Source: Anthoceros angustus
Taxonomy: Eukaryota; Plantae; Anthocerotophyta
NCBI GenBank assembly: GCA_010909165.1
Contig: VJWM01000192.1
Span: 124,001-188,000 of the forward strand
Reading direction: 5' to 3'
Length of the DNA: 64,000 nucleotides
Shown: one piece after another, positions 24,206 through 35,400 of the stretch
How the letters are laid out: each line of letters begins with the position of its first letter
Numbering within the stretch: the first letter of the stretch is position 1
Notes under the pieces: model-generated
Databases searched by the model: none
What the model was told of the DNA's origin: nothing
Seen by the model: the letters and a program-made list of their open reading frames with translations, nothing else
Translations under genes and position numbers: made by a program

Positions 24206-27200
24206 TCAAAAAGACCGTAGGCCTTCGTTCATCGGAAATTGAGTGAGTGTGGAGTCTCCTTTCATAGACAAGGATGGGTTTCGTTGAAAGCCGAGTTCAA
24301 TGGGTTCTACATCCATGCTTGAACTTCTCATGGCGATCTCCGAATTCAGATTTTCTAGGTGAGCTAATAGGACTTGGTGCTGCTGATGCCTGATGTCTCC
24401 TACCACAAATGTGTGCACCTCCTGCTCATGTTCGATCCAGCTCTGGCCAGGGCTCTTCCATGCACCTGCTCTACGCCTCAGCTGGTCGATCTCCTTTGCA
24501 CTCTCCCACAAGCCAGCCTCAGAGTAGATGTTAAACATGAGCACATATGCTGAGCAGTGTTCTGGTTGTGTTTGGGATGCACAGCTGAACGCACGTCTTG
24601 CAAGCTCTACGTTGCCGTGTTTCTGGCACGCACCAAGGAGTGATAACCACATGGGTAAAGTGGGTTCCACTGGCATTTCTGCCAGCAGAAGTTCTACCTT
24701 GCTGAACAGGCCTGCACGAGCAAGAAGGTTGAGGAGACAACCGTAATGCTCGGTTGTGGGGGCAATGCCATGCTCTTTGGTCATGGCTTCGAAGTGGTCC
24801 AGGCCTTTGTCCACCTTGCCAGCATGACTGCACGCAGAAAGGAGGGAGAGAAAGGTGATGGAATCTGGAAAGATGCCTGCCCTGCACATTTCCCTGTAGG
24901 TATCCTCGCACCTTTCGTATTCACCTTGACGGGCATAGCCTGTGATTAGCGCACTCCAAGACCATAGATCTTTCTGGAGGAGGGAGTCGAAGAAGTTGTG
25001 CGCATCCACCATGCTTCCACACTTGCTGTATGCATCGATGAGAGCAGTTGCCACGTTAGGATGGCTTTCGAAACCATGCTCTAAGACATCCCGGTGAAGC
25101 TGAACGCACTTATTCAGGGCTCCTGTATTGCTGCACGCCTCCAGGACGCACAACAATGTGACGTGGTTAGGTGTTACGCTTTCTGCTTGCATTTGCGCAT
25201 ATAGTTGTAAAGCCTTCTCTCCTTGATCCTGTTGTGCGTGGGCTGTAAGTATCGTATTCCATGATACCACATCCCGCTGGCATGAGCTATGAAAAACATG
25301 GTCTGCATCCATGATGCTTCCACACTTTGCATACATGCTAAGAAGTGCGTTGGCGAGAAATATATCCCGATCATAACCGTGAGAAGCAGCTCGAGCGTGC
25401 ATAGATTTGCCCTTTTGCAGTGAATCCACTTTCATGCGTTGCCTGTCCACAAGAGCGTCCAGTTCCTTCTCAGCAAGGCAACCACATGCCTGGACCATGC
25501 TTGCAAATGTTCGCTGATTAGGACTGATACCTTCAGCTTGCATCTGCTCAAACAGTTCCAATACCTTCTCCACTTGACCCTGCTGAGCGTATGCAGCAAG
25601 CATTGCATTCCAGGACACCACATTTCGCTGGGGCACTCTCCGAAACAAATTTTCTGCATGAATGATGCTTCCACACTTGCCATACATAGTAACAAGAGCG
25701 GTGCTTAGGAAAGTGTCAGTGTCACAACCTCTCTGAACAGCTTCTGAGTGGATGGTCTTGCCTATGTGCAATAATCTAACTTGCTTGGAATGCACATCCC
25801 TATGGTTCTCGTCTTCCCTTTCTGCAAGGCTACAGCAGGCCTGGAGAATGCTAAGAAAAGTCCGACGATTTGGACTGACACCCATCTTTTGCATTTCAAC
25901 GTAAAGATCCAGAGCCCTCTCTCCCTGTTCCTGCTGAGAGTATCCAGCGAGCATGGCATTCCATGAAACTATATCCCGCCGGGACAATTTGTCAAACACT
26001 TGTCGTGCATCACGCAGGCCCCCACACTTTGCATACATAGTAACAAGTGCATTACAGATGAATGTATCCAAATGATAACCACCTCTATCAACTTCAGTAT
26101 GTACAGCCTTGCCCTTCCGCAATGACTCCACTTTGACCAAAACTCCATCTTGGATGGCACTTTCTTCCAGTTCTGCTAGGCAACTACAGGCTTGGAGCAC
26201 ACTAACAAAGGTCCGATCATTTGGAGTAAAGCCGTCCTTCAGCATTTGGCTATAAAGCTGCCAAGCTTCGTCTCCTTGCCGTCGCTGAGCATATCCGGCA
26301 ATCATAGCATTCCATGACACTGCATCGCGCTGGGTCAAGCCATCAAACACATGTCGTGCATCAGAAATGCTTCCACACTTTGCATACATATCAACCAGAG
26401 CCGTGCCCACAAACATATCAGCTTCGAACCTGTGTTTCACAATATCAACATGGATCTCCTTGCCCTTTTGCAGGTCTGCTAAGCTACCGCAAGCTTTAAG
26501 TAAGTTTACAAAAATGTATATGTTGGGGTCAACACCTTCCTCCCGCATTTGCTGATAGATAGTTAAAGCCTCCTGCCATTGTCCTGCCTTACTGTATCCT
26601 GAGATGATGGCTGTCCAAGAGAACACAGTGCGAGTTGGCAGCATCTGAAACATGTGAAGCCCATCCAAAAGACTACCACATTTGACAAGAGTGTCGACCA
26701 TACATTCACCCAGATAGAGATTTGAATGTAGCCCATTCTTTGCCAAATGAGAGTGCACTCGCTTTGCCTGAGCAACATCCTTGTTCTTGATGCACGCCTG
26801 CAACAAGTTCTTATACATCTGCACCGAAGGCACACCACCTTGTAGGTCCATGTGGGCCAGGGCTTCCAACGGTTTCTCAACCTGCCCATGCTTAAGACAA
26901 GTCTCCACATCAAGAGCAGCACCCTGAGAGCTCTGTACGCTGCAGACAAGCAGTTCCTACTCCTCTCATCAATTTGAAACAGGTAGACGCACAGAGCTCT
27001 CTTGATAAATCATGTGCTAGGTTTGATCACACAGCACTGATGCTCCGCAAGCTTCAATGGAGGTTTAGTAGGTACTCACATCTTGGGTGCCTGGCTAGTA
27101 TTCCCAGAAGCCAAGCCAGACGTGAAGACATGTGCCCCCCTCACATGTGCAATTAATCTGACTTGCGGAAATCCCAAGCATCCAGACCTCCATGATTCGA

Positions 27201-27423
27201 ATGGGCGCACGTGCTGTCTTCTTTGCTTTGGCCTACAGCCCAATGCATGCTGATCCTCTTCTAGCCAGAAATTGCGAGGCCGGGGAGTCGAGCTTGCCCA
27301 CCTTGTTACCCGACTCTTAGCCATCTTTGATGAAATCCAGAAACTGCGTCCTCCTTCGCTGTTTCTGCATTTTCTCAGTGCAGACTCGTTCGAGATAATA
27401 ACAGACTCAGCAAGGCTTTCCAT
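24206..27423 (-). CDS. PLS-class PPR protein, E/E+ type with PG box (PGQSWIE), no deaminase signature
   Basis: 900-aa open frame with PLS triplets and E motifs ending WKSPGQSWIEHEQEVHTFVVGD, without HxE/CxxC. A predicted 5' exon 27423-27080 joins in phase via intron 27079-26940 (AT|C); the 5' model is inferred. Confidence 0.9.
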
Positions 27424-27630
27424 GGGAATCTCCAAATCACGTGGAGCAGATATCCACAAATCCCGCCATGATACTAGCTGGAAAACGACGAAGGCAGTAG
27501 TAGATGTTAGCAATCGACCTCTGGATAATTGATCACACAGAGGCTACCATGTCTGAAGGAGAAACTGATCGCGGGGCCGAAAGATGGTGGTGAAACATGA
27601 TGTCTGCTTCAGACCGCGGGCTCAGTGCCA

Positions 27631-30600
27631 ATGAAGCAAGGTGGTTTTGTGGTTTTGTCGAGCCTTAATCAAGGCAAACTGTGCCCTCTGGAGGGATGGT
27701 GCCGGCGTCTATCCTCGGCAGCTCAGCAAGGCAAGCCTGCAGGTAGGCCCAGTAAGTGTTTGCTTGCCTGCGGGAATGTATCTGGCCACGGGTCTGGCTT
27801 GCAGCTGATGGAAAGTACGTCCCTAATTCCTGTTCGTGTTTGGTTGCCGTAGAAGGCAGAGCAAGGAAGGGATTTTCGGTGACCGAAATTACGGACAGCA
27901 GGTTGAACAAGGTAACAGAATTCACGGATTGTTTGTGGCTACAAGCAACAAACAAGCGTTGATAGAGCAGTAAATCTTTGCACATTGCAGACAAACCTCA
28001 ATGATCTGGATTTCGTGCACAGCACAACCAGGGAGGCCGTTGGGTGGGGGGAGAATGAAGTATCAGCAGCAAAAACTGGATTCTACCCGCCTGGATTCTG
28101 TTTTGGAGCTCACTGTCAGGATTTTTCGAGTTCTAAGTATGTCCCTCTTTGTCCTTGTACGAGTCTGACCTGTGGCAACGATTATGGCATTGCACTAGCT
28201 TATTTCCCTGTGTCTTGACCTTGCAGGGTAGTTCGCCATGGAGGGGCCTTGGAAATTGGAACATGGAGCAGACTTTGGCAGGGACAGCTCAGTGAGGATG
28301 TTGATGTTTTGGATGCCCTGGTGCATGGAGGATATCACATTCCTGCATCGGTCTGCTATCCTGTCCTCAAGGGGTGCATTGCAAAACAAGATCTGCCTGC
28401 TGGCAGGCGGGTTCATGCACTTGCTGTCAGAATGGGATATGAGTCAAACACGTTCTTGGCCAACCATATCATTCGCATGTATGGGTCTCATGGGGAGTTG
28501 CAGGAAGCCACTGCGGTGTTTTACAAACTTCCAGCACCAGACTCCTTCGTCTGGTCCTCCATCATTCTGGCACATGCAAAATCTGGACAACTTACACAGG
28601 CTCTCGAACTCTATCAGCAGATGCGGCAGTCGGATGTGACACCAGACAATTATGTATTTGCTGCAGTGATCAAAGCATGTGCCACCGCAGCGGACTTAGC
28701 ATTTGCGAAGCAGATCCATGCTGACGTCTTACGTCGTGGGGTTGAGTCAAATCTTTACGTCGCGAACTGTCTGGTTGACATGTATGCCAAATGTGGGAGT
28801 TTAGAGAATGCCCGCCAAGTATTCGACCGTATGCCGGTGCGGGATGTGGTTACTTGGACAGCCATGATGGCAGGGTACTCTCAGCAAGGACGTGGTCATG
28901 AAGCTCTTTGGCTCTATGAAGGTATGCAGGAGGAAGCTGTCACTCTGGCTAATTATGTTACATTTGTGTGCCTGCTGAAAGCATGTGCAAGTATAGGAAA
29001 TCTACGCAAGGGCCAGGAGCTGCATTCTCAGATCCAAGAAAGAGAACTCGGAGGAGATGTTGTTGTTGGCAACTGCCTTGTTCATATGTACGCAAAGTGT
29101 GGGAGCCTGGCAAATGCTCGTGAAGTGTTTGATACACTCCCTAAAAGAGATGTGGTAACATGGACATCCATGATTGCAGGATATGCTGAGCAGGGACTCT
29201 GTCAAGAGGCCCTCACTCTTTGGGCAAGGATGCAGCAGGAAGGCATCATGCTAGCTGATCCTGTAACATTTGTCTGCCTTTTGACAGCATGCACCAGGGT
29301 TGGCGCTTTAAATGAGGGCAAGGAGCTCCATTCTCAGATTCGGGAAAGTGGGCTTGAGGCTGACACGGTTGTTGGTAACAGCCTCGTGGACATGTATGCA
29401 ACTTGTGGCAGCTTAGAGGATGCACGCCAGGTCTTTGATGGATTGTCAGGACGAGATCTGGTGACGTGGAATGTCATGATTGCAGGATATTCCCGGCACG
29501 GGTTGGCTCAGGAAGCCCTGAATCTGTACGCAGAGATGCAACAAGAGGGCATCATCCAAGCTGATCATGTAACATTTGTTAGTCTCTTGAAAGCATGTGC
29601 CAGCGTTGGATCCGTGGGTCAGGGGAAGGAATTACATGCTCAGATCCAGGAAAGAGGACTTGAAGCCCATGTGATTGTAGGCAATGCACTGGTCGACATG
29701 TATGCGAAATGTAGTAGCTTAGAGGATGCTCGCAGAGCCTTTGACAAAATGGCCACAAGAGATATGGTGGCTTGGAGTACAATAATTGCAGCATATGCTC
29801 AACACGGGATAGGCCAAGAAGCACTTGCTCTCTATCAAAGTATGCAACACGAGGGCATGGTTCCGGTGGATCAGGTCACATTGGCATCCCTTCTCAAAGC
29901 GTGTGCCAGCATCGGAGCCCTTGGTCAGGGAAAGCAACTCCATTCGCAGGTTCAAGAACGAGGACTTGAAGGTGATGCGGTTGTCGGCAGCAGTCTCGTG
30001 GACATGTATGCAAAATGTGGCAGCCTAGACGAAGCCCATGTGGTGTTCGATAGATTGCCAACAAAAGATGTGGTAACATGGACTGCCCTGCTGAATGGCT
30101 ACGCCCAGCATGGTGATGGCCAGATGGCAATGAATTTGTTTCGAGAGATGCAGCAGCAGGGAGTCAAACCCAGTGCTTCAACTTTCAGTTCTCTTCTGGT
30201 GGCCTGCAGCCATGAGGGCCTGGTGACTGCGGGTCAGGACTATTTCAGATCGATGGTGGAAGACCATGGCATGGTCCCGAATGAGTATCATCTAACTTGC
30301 ATGGTTGATCTCCTTGCACGATCTGGCCACCTAGATGAGGCAGAAGATTTGATGCAGACCATACCACCTGGGAATGGCCTCGTTGTGGGCTGGACATCTC
30401 TTCTCAGTGCCTGCAAGGCTTATGGCTACGTCGACCTTGCAAGGCGATGCTTCGACCATCTCATCAAAATAGAACCTCAAATTGCAGCTCCATATGTGCT
30501 GTTGGCAGATATCTACGCAGGTGCTGGCAAGTGGGCGGATGTAGACTCCATACAAGCCTTGAGAAAGTCTGCTGGTGCTTCCAAGAAGCCTGCTATGGCC

Positions 30601-30987
30601 TGGATCGAGGTGGACAACAAGGTTCACTCCTTCATTGTTGGGGAAGATAGGGCTGACATCTCATCCAAGTTAAGAAGTGTAAACATGCGGGTAGGAGAGA
30701 AAGCAGGCTATGTTCCGCACACTGAGCTGCTCATGAATCCACAGCCAGATAAGGACGATGAAGCTGCCTTGTGTGGACACGCTGAGAAACTTGCGCTTGC
30801 ATACGGTCTTCTCAACACTGCAAACGGCACAACTTTGGTGGTCACCAAAAACCTTCGAATGTGCAATGACTGCCACAGTGGCACCAAGGTGATGTCCAGG
30901 ATTGAGAACCGAGAGATTATAGTTAGAGATACCCATCGTGTTCACCATTTTGTGAATGGTTTTTGTACATGTGGTGATCGCCATTAA
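27631..30987 (+). CDS. PLS-class PPR protein with DYW:KP domain ending in DRH (putative U-to-C editing factor)
   Basis: Intact 28249..30987 frame with KKPAMAWIEV, CGHAEKLA, CNDCH and CTCGDRH*. Phase-compatible 5' exons are inferred at 27631-27751, 27853-27911, 27991-28136 and from 28227, giving a transit-like N-terminus (WCRRLSSAA). Confidence 0.92.
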
Positions 30988-31198
30988 CAAGAAGGAGCTC
31001 TGTATGTTCCCACACTCCTACATACCAATCTCTGGAAGCTTGTCATACATATGTAATAGAAGCATGGAACAGAGAACGGGCTTCTGCACAATTGTTTGCC
31101 AGTTTTCGCATATTTGCTTTGAGCCGCATATTGGTGTGGGTACATGGGTCCAGGAGGCTTGATTCCTCGCATAGCTCCAGCGCACAGTTCTTTGAAGC

Positions 31199-34100
31199 AT
31201 GCTGCCCTGGAGGGTTGCATTTCATTCTCGCAGAGGGAGGCAAGGCCTGTTGTGGCAACAGCTTTTCTGGATTCGACAAAGAAAAGTCTTTGGGAACGAC
31301 GAAGCTCCCAGGGCCAGGAGCCTTGCAACGAGCTCAGTTGGTACACCAAGAGACCGTTTGGTTGCAAGCAGGTCTTCGAGCGAGGGTGGGCGGCAGGAGC
31401 TCTTGTGGCGACAGTTTTTTCTGAACCATACACTTTGGTGGGACAACAGGCAACACGACAAGAAGTCCGGTTCTCCTGACTTCCGGCACAAGGAGTCCAG
31501 CCACGTTCTGTGGCTCAAGAGCTTGCACAAGCCACCTTGGGTGGATAGGCAGCTGGCTGCTCTAGATGAGCAGTTGGGTCGTGGTGCTAATTCATCTAAG
31601 CCGAGGTTGCCGGGTATTCCCCCTCGCAGCAGTGCAGGATACGGAATTGGTGAAACCTTAAGAAGTCTATGTCAGCGGGGGAAGCTTAGTGAGGCAGTGG
31701 AGGCTTTGGAGGATCTGGGGCAGACAGGGTCTCGTATTCCGAGGTCTCTGCTTTCTGCTGTGCTTAGAAGATGTGGGATGAAGAAGGACCTGGGGCTGGG
31801 TCGCCGTGTTCATGTTCTTGTCAAGAAGGGGTACAAGACAGACACATTCCTGTGCAACCACATCATGCGAATGTATGCCTCTCATGGCAGGCTGCAAGAG
31901 GCGATGGATGTGTTCACCGAGGTAGATGAGCCAGATGCTTTCATGTGGTCTTCCATAATCTCTGCACATGTCAAGCATGGGCAAGCTAAGCATGCTGTAC
32001 GACTGTATCGTCGGATGCGGAGGTCTGCTGTGAAGCCAGATGGGCATGTGTTTGTAGCAGCCTTACAGGCTTGTGCGAGAGGAGGCGACCTGAAAGCTGG
32101 GCAGCAGGTGCATTCTGATTTGTTGGCCAGTGAGATTGAGCCTCACTTGGTTGTATATAATTGCTTGATTGACATGTATGCAAAGTGTGGAAGCTTGGAG
32201 GATGCTCAAAGAGTGTTCGATGGCCTCTCTCAGAAGGATGTGGTGACGTGGAATGCTATGATAGCAGGGTATTCTCAGCAGGACAAGGGGCGGGAAGCCC
32301 TTCGGCTTTACCGTGCTATGCAACAAGGGGGTGTCGCTGAACCTGATTCTGTGACATTCGTGTGCCTTCTGCAGGCATGTGCAAGTGTGGGTATCCCAGC
32401 AAGGGAGAAGGGAAAGCAGCTTCACAGACAGATTGAAGAACGAGGACTTCAGGCTGATGTGGTCGTAGGTTGCAGCCTGGTAAACATGTATGCAAAGTGT
32501 GGCAGTCTAGAGGATGCTCAGTTTGTGTTTGACGGTCTTCCTCGGAGGGATGTGGTGACATGGAATGCCATGATAGCGGGATATTCACATCAGGGCAAAG
32601 GGCAGGAAGCGCTTCGCCTGTACAGCGCAATGCAGGCGGAAGGCATCACCTCACCTGATGCTGTCACTTTTGCTTGCCTCCTGCAGGCATGTGCAAGTGT
32701 TGGCATCCCGGCTATGGAGAAGGGCAGGCAGCTTCACAGACAGATTGAAGCAAGAGGACTTCAAGGTGATGTGGTTGTGGGTTGCAGCCTAGTAAACATG
32801 TATGCAAAATGCGGCAGCTTACAGGAAGCTCAGAGCGTGTTTGACAGGCTTCCCAAAAAAACTGTGGTGACATGGAATGCCATGATAGCAGGTTATTCCC
32901 AGCATGGGAAGGGTCAGGAAGCTCTCCATCTGTACAGTGCTATGAAGCAAGGAGGCGTAATGTGTCCTGACGCTGTGACGTTTCTGTGCCTCCTGCAGGC
33001 ATGTGCAACTATAGGGATCCCAGCTTTGGAGATGGGAAAGGAACTTCATAGACAGATTGAGGAACAAGGACTTCAAGCTGATGTGCTGTTGGCCAACAAT
33101 TTGATAAACATGTATGGAAAGTGTGGCAGCCTGAGGGATGCTCATAACGTGTTTGACAGTCTTCCTCAAAAAGATTCTGTTTCATTTGTGTTCCTCCTGC
33201 AGGCATGTGCAACGTTGGGTGCTCCAGCTCTGGATAAGGGGAAGCACCTTCATGTGCAGATTGGAGAACAAGGACTACAGAGCGATTTGGTTGTAGGCTG
33301 CAGCCTGGTAAACATGTATGCAAAGTGTGGTAGCCTAGAGGAAGCCCAGAGCGTGTTTGACAGGCTTTGTAAAAAAGATGTAGTGACTTGGACTGCTCTG
33401 ATAGCAGGATATTGCCAGCAGGGCAAGGGTGAAGAAGCCCTTCGTCTTTATAGTGATATGCAGGAAGAAGGTCTCACTTCTCCTGATTCTGTTATATTTG
33501 TGTGCCTCCTGCAGGCATGTGCAAGTGTGGGTAACTTGGCTATGGAGAAGGGAAAGCAGCTCCATAGACAGATTGAAGAGCGAGGACTTGAAACTGACTT
33601 GACTGTAGCCAACAGTTTGATAACCATGTATGCAAAGTGTGGCAGCCTAGAGCATGCTCAAAGCGTGTTTGACACGCTTCCTCAAAAGGCTTCTGAGACA
33701 TTTGTGTGCTTCCTGCAGGCATGTGCAAGTGTGGGTAACCTCGCTCTGGAGAAGGGGAAGCAGCTGCATGCACAAATTGTGGAACAAGGACTACAAGATG
33801 ACGTGGTTGTGGGATGCAGCCTTGTAAACATGTATGCAAGGTGTGGCAGCCTACTCCATGCTCAGACCGTGTTTGACAGGCTTCCTCAAAAGGATGTTGT
33901 GACTTGGACAGCACTGATAGCAGGATATTCCCAGCAGGGCATGGGTCAGAAAGCCCTTCATCTCTACACTGCTATGCAACATGAAGGCATCGCTGCACCT
34001 GACTCTGTCACATTTGTGTGCCTCCTACAAGCATGTGCGAATGTGGCAGCTTTGCATATGGGGAGGCGGCTGCATGCACAGATTGAAGAAGAGGGGCTTG

Positions 34101-34942
34101 AAGCTGATGCGTTTGTGGCAGTCACTTTGATAAACATGTACGCCAAGTCAGGGAGCATGGATGATGCACAGTTGGTGTTTGATGCATTGCCCAAAAAGGA
34201 CATTGTCGCCTGGAATGCATTGATAACAGGATACACCCGTCAAGGAGACAGTGAAGCGGTCTTCGACTTGTTTCACAGACTTAGAGAGGATGGTCTACAG
34301 CCAGATGGCATCACGTTTCTTAATGTGCTAACAGTGTGCAGTCATGCAGGACTGGTAAACAAGGGGCGAGAGTACTTTGAGGCTCTGAGCAGGCACTCTG
34401 CCATTACGCCCACCGCTGAGCACTATTCGTGCATGGTCGATCTCCTGGGTCGTGCAGGCCAACTTGACGAGGCACTAGAGGTGGCACAGACAATGCCTGT
34501 ACAGCCGCATGCTGCAGTTTGGCGCACTCTATTAGGTGCTTGTCGAAAGTGGAGTAACGTGGAGATGGGACGTCATGCTTTTGATGAAGCAGTGAAGTTA
34601 GACGAAAAGGATTCCGCAGCATATGTGTTGATGTCTAACATCTACACCGGTGCCCAAATGTGGGATGATGCAGACGACATGCATGTGAGGAGGAAAGGAC
34701 TGGGAGCATGGAAGCAGCCAGGCCAGAGCTGGTGGACAGATATGGATGGGCTGGCGCATACCTTTGTCGTTGGAGATAAACAGCATCCCGAGAGTGAGGG
34801 AATATATGCAAGGCTGAACAGCTTGTTTAAAGAATTGAAGGAAGCAGGGTATGTATCACAACTGGACCTGTTCATAGAAGGATGGATTGGAAACTCGACT
34901 GTTGCTCAGAACTTGGGAGATGTGCCCCTCAAGCAGCGTTAA
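31199..34942 (+). CDS. PLS-class PPR protein with N-terminal OSB-type PDF motif and C-terminally truncated DYW:WW-type (PGQSWWTD) E+ domain
   Basis: Uninterrupted 1247-aa ORF: Arg-rich presequence, PDF motif at aa ~69-123, long PLS array, E motifs, then KQPGQSWWTDMDGLAHTFVVGD...GYVSQLD and a stop without HxE/CxxC. Confidence 0.93.
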   Translation: MLPWRVAFHSRRGRQGLLWQQLFWIRQRKVFGNDEAPRARSLATSSVGTPRDRLVASRSSSEGGRQELLWRQFFLNHTLWWDNRQHDKKSGSPDFRHKESSHVLWLKSLHKPPWVDRQLAALDEQLGRGANSSKPRLPGIPPRSSAGYGIGETLRSLCQRGKLSEAVEALEDLGQTGSRIPRSLLSAVLRRCGMKKDLGLGRRVHVLVKKGYKTDTFLCNHIMRMYASHGRLQEAMDVFTEVDEPDAFMWSSIISAHVKHGQAKHAVRLYRRMRRSAVKPDGHVFVAALQACARGGDLKAGQQVHSDLLASEIEPHLVVYNCLIDMYAKCGSLEDAQRVFDGLSQKDVVTWNAMIAGYSQQDKGREALRLYRAMQQGGVAEPDSVTFVCLLQACASVGIPAREKGKQLHRQIEERGLQADVVVGCSLVNMYAKCGSLEDAQFVFDGLPRRDVVTWNAMIAGYSHQGKGQEALRLYSAMQAEGITSPDAVTFACLLQACASVGIPAMEKGRQLHRQIEARGLQGDVVVGCSLVNMYAKCGSLQEAQSVFDRLPKKTVVTWNAMIAGYSQHGKGQEALHLYSAMKQGGVMCPDAVTFLCLLQACATIGIPALEMGKELHRQIEEQGLQADVLLANNLINMYGKCGSLRDAHNVFDSLPQKDSVSFVFLLQACATLGAPALDKGKHLHVQIGEQGLQSDLVVGCSLVNMYAKCGSLEEAQSVFDRLCKKDVVTWTALIAGYCQQGKGEEALRLYSDMQEEGLTSPDSVIFVCLLQACASVGNLAMEKGKQLHRQIEERGLETDLTVANSLITMYAKCGSLEHAQSVFDTLPQKASETFVCFLQACASVGNLALEKGKQLHAQIVEQGLQDDVVVGCSLVNMYARCGSLLHAQTVFDRLPQKDVVTWTALIAGYSQQGMGQKALHLYTAMQHEGIAAPDSVTFVCLLQACANVAALHMGRRLHAQIEEEGLEADAFVAVTLINMYAKSGSMDDAQLVFDALPKKDIVAWNALITGYTRQGDSEAVFDLFHRLREDGLQPDGITFLNVLTVCSHAGLVNKGREYFEALSRHSAITPTAEHYSCMVDLLGRAGQLDEALEVAQTMPVQPHAAVWRTLLGACRKWSNVEMGRHAFDEAVKLDEKDSAAYVLMSNIYTGAQMWDDADDMHVRRKGLGAWKQPGQSWWTDMDGLAHTFVVGDKQHPESEGIYARLNSLFKELKEAGYVSQLDLFIEGWIGNSTVAQNLGDVPLKQR
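31403..31567 (+). other. PDF motif (OSB-type ssDNA-binding module) coding segment
   Basis: LWRQFFLNHTLWWDNRQHDKKSGSPDFRHKESSHVLWLKSLHKPPWVDRQLAALD. Confidence 0.88.
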
Positions 34943-35089
34943 CCCAGTAGTCGAGCTCTCGGCGACAGTGCTGTGGACATGTGAGGAATCCATCCAACAT
35001 TGTACTCGTCTACTATGCAAGGGCACGTGTGGTGCCTTGCAGTGAACTTGGCGTGAGCTGCAAGCTGGACGTCAACGCACTTCAAAAAC

Positions 35090-35400
35090 TGTTGCAGGAT
35101 CAGATCCTGCTTTAAAGAAGGGTATGCAGACTCATGCAGAAATTAGAGAACGTCGACTTCAAGCTGATGTCCTTGTCGCTAACAGTTTGGTAAACATGAC
35201 CGCAAACTGCGGCAAGCTAGAGGATGCTCGGGCCGCGCTTGACAGTCCTGGGCAAGTATGTCGTTACATGGAAGATTATTGGATTGCAGGGTATTGAAGC
35301 CCTTCATCTTCCGGTACTAGATGTGTGAGAAGAAGACGCTGGTGTACGTACCTGATGCCATGGCATTTGTCTCTGCCCTGCAGGCCTGAACATGTGCAAA
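35090..35400 (+). pseudogene. Degenerate PLS-repeat remnant
   Basis: Translates to RRLQADVLVANSLVNMTANCGKLEDARAALDS...PDAMAFVSALQA, similar to units of the upstream gene, with stops and indels. Confidence 0.7.
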
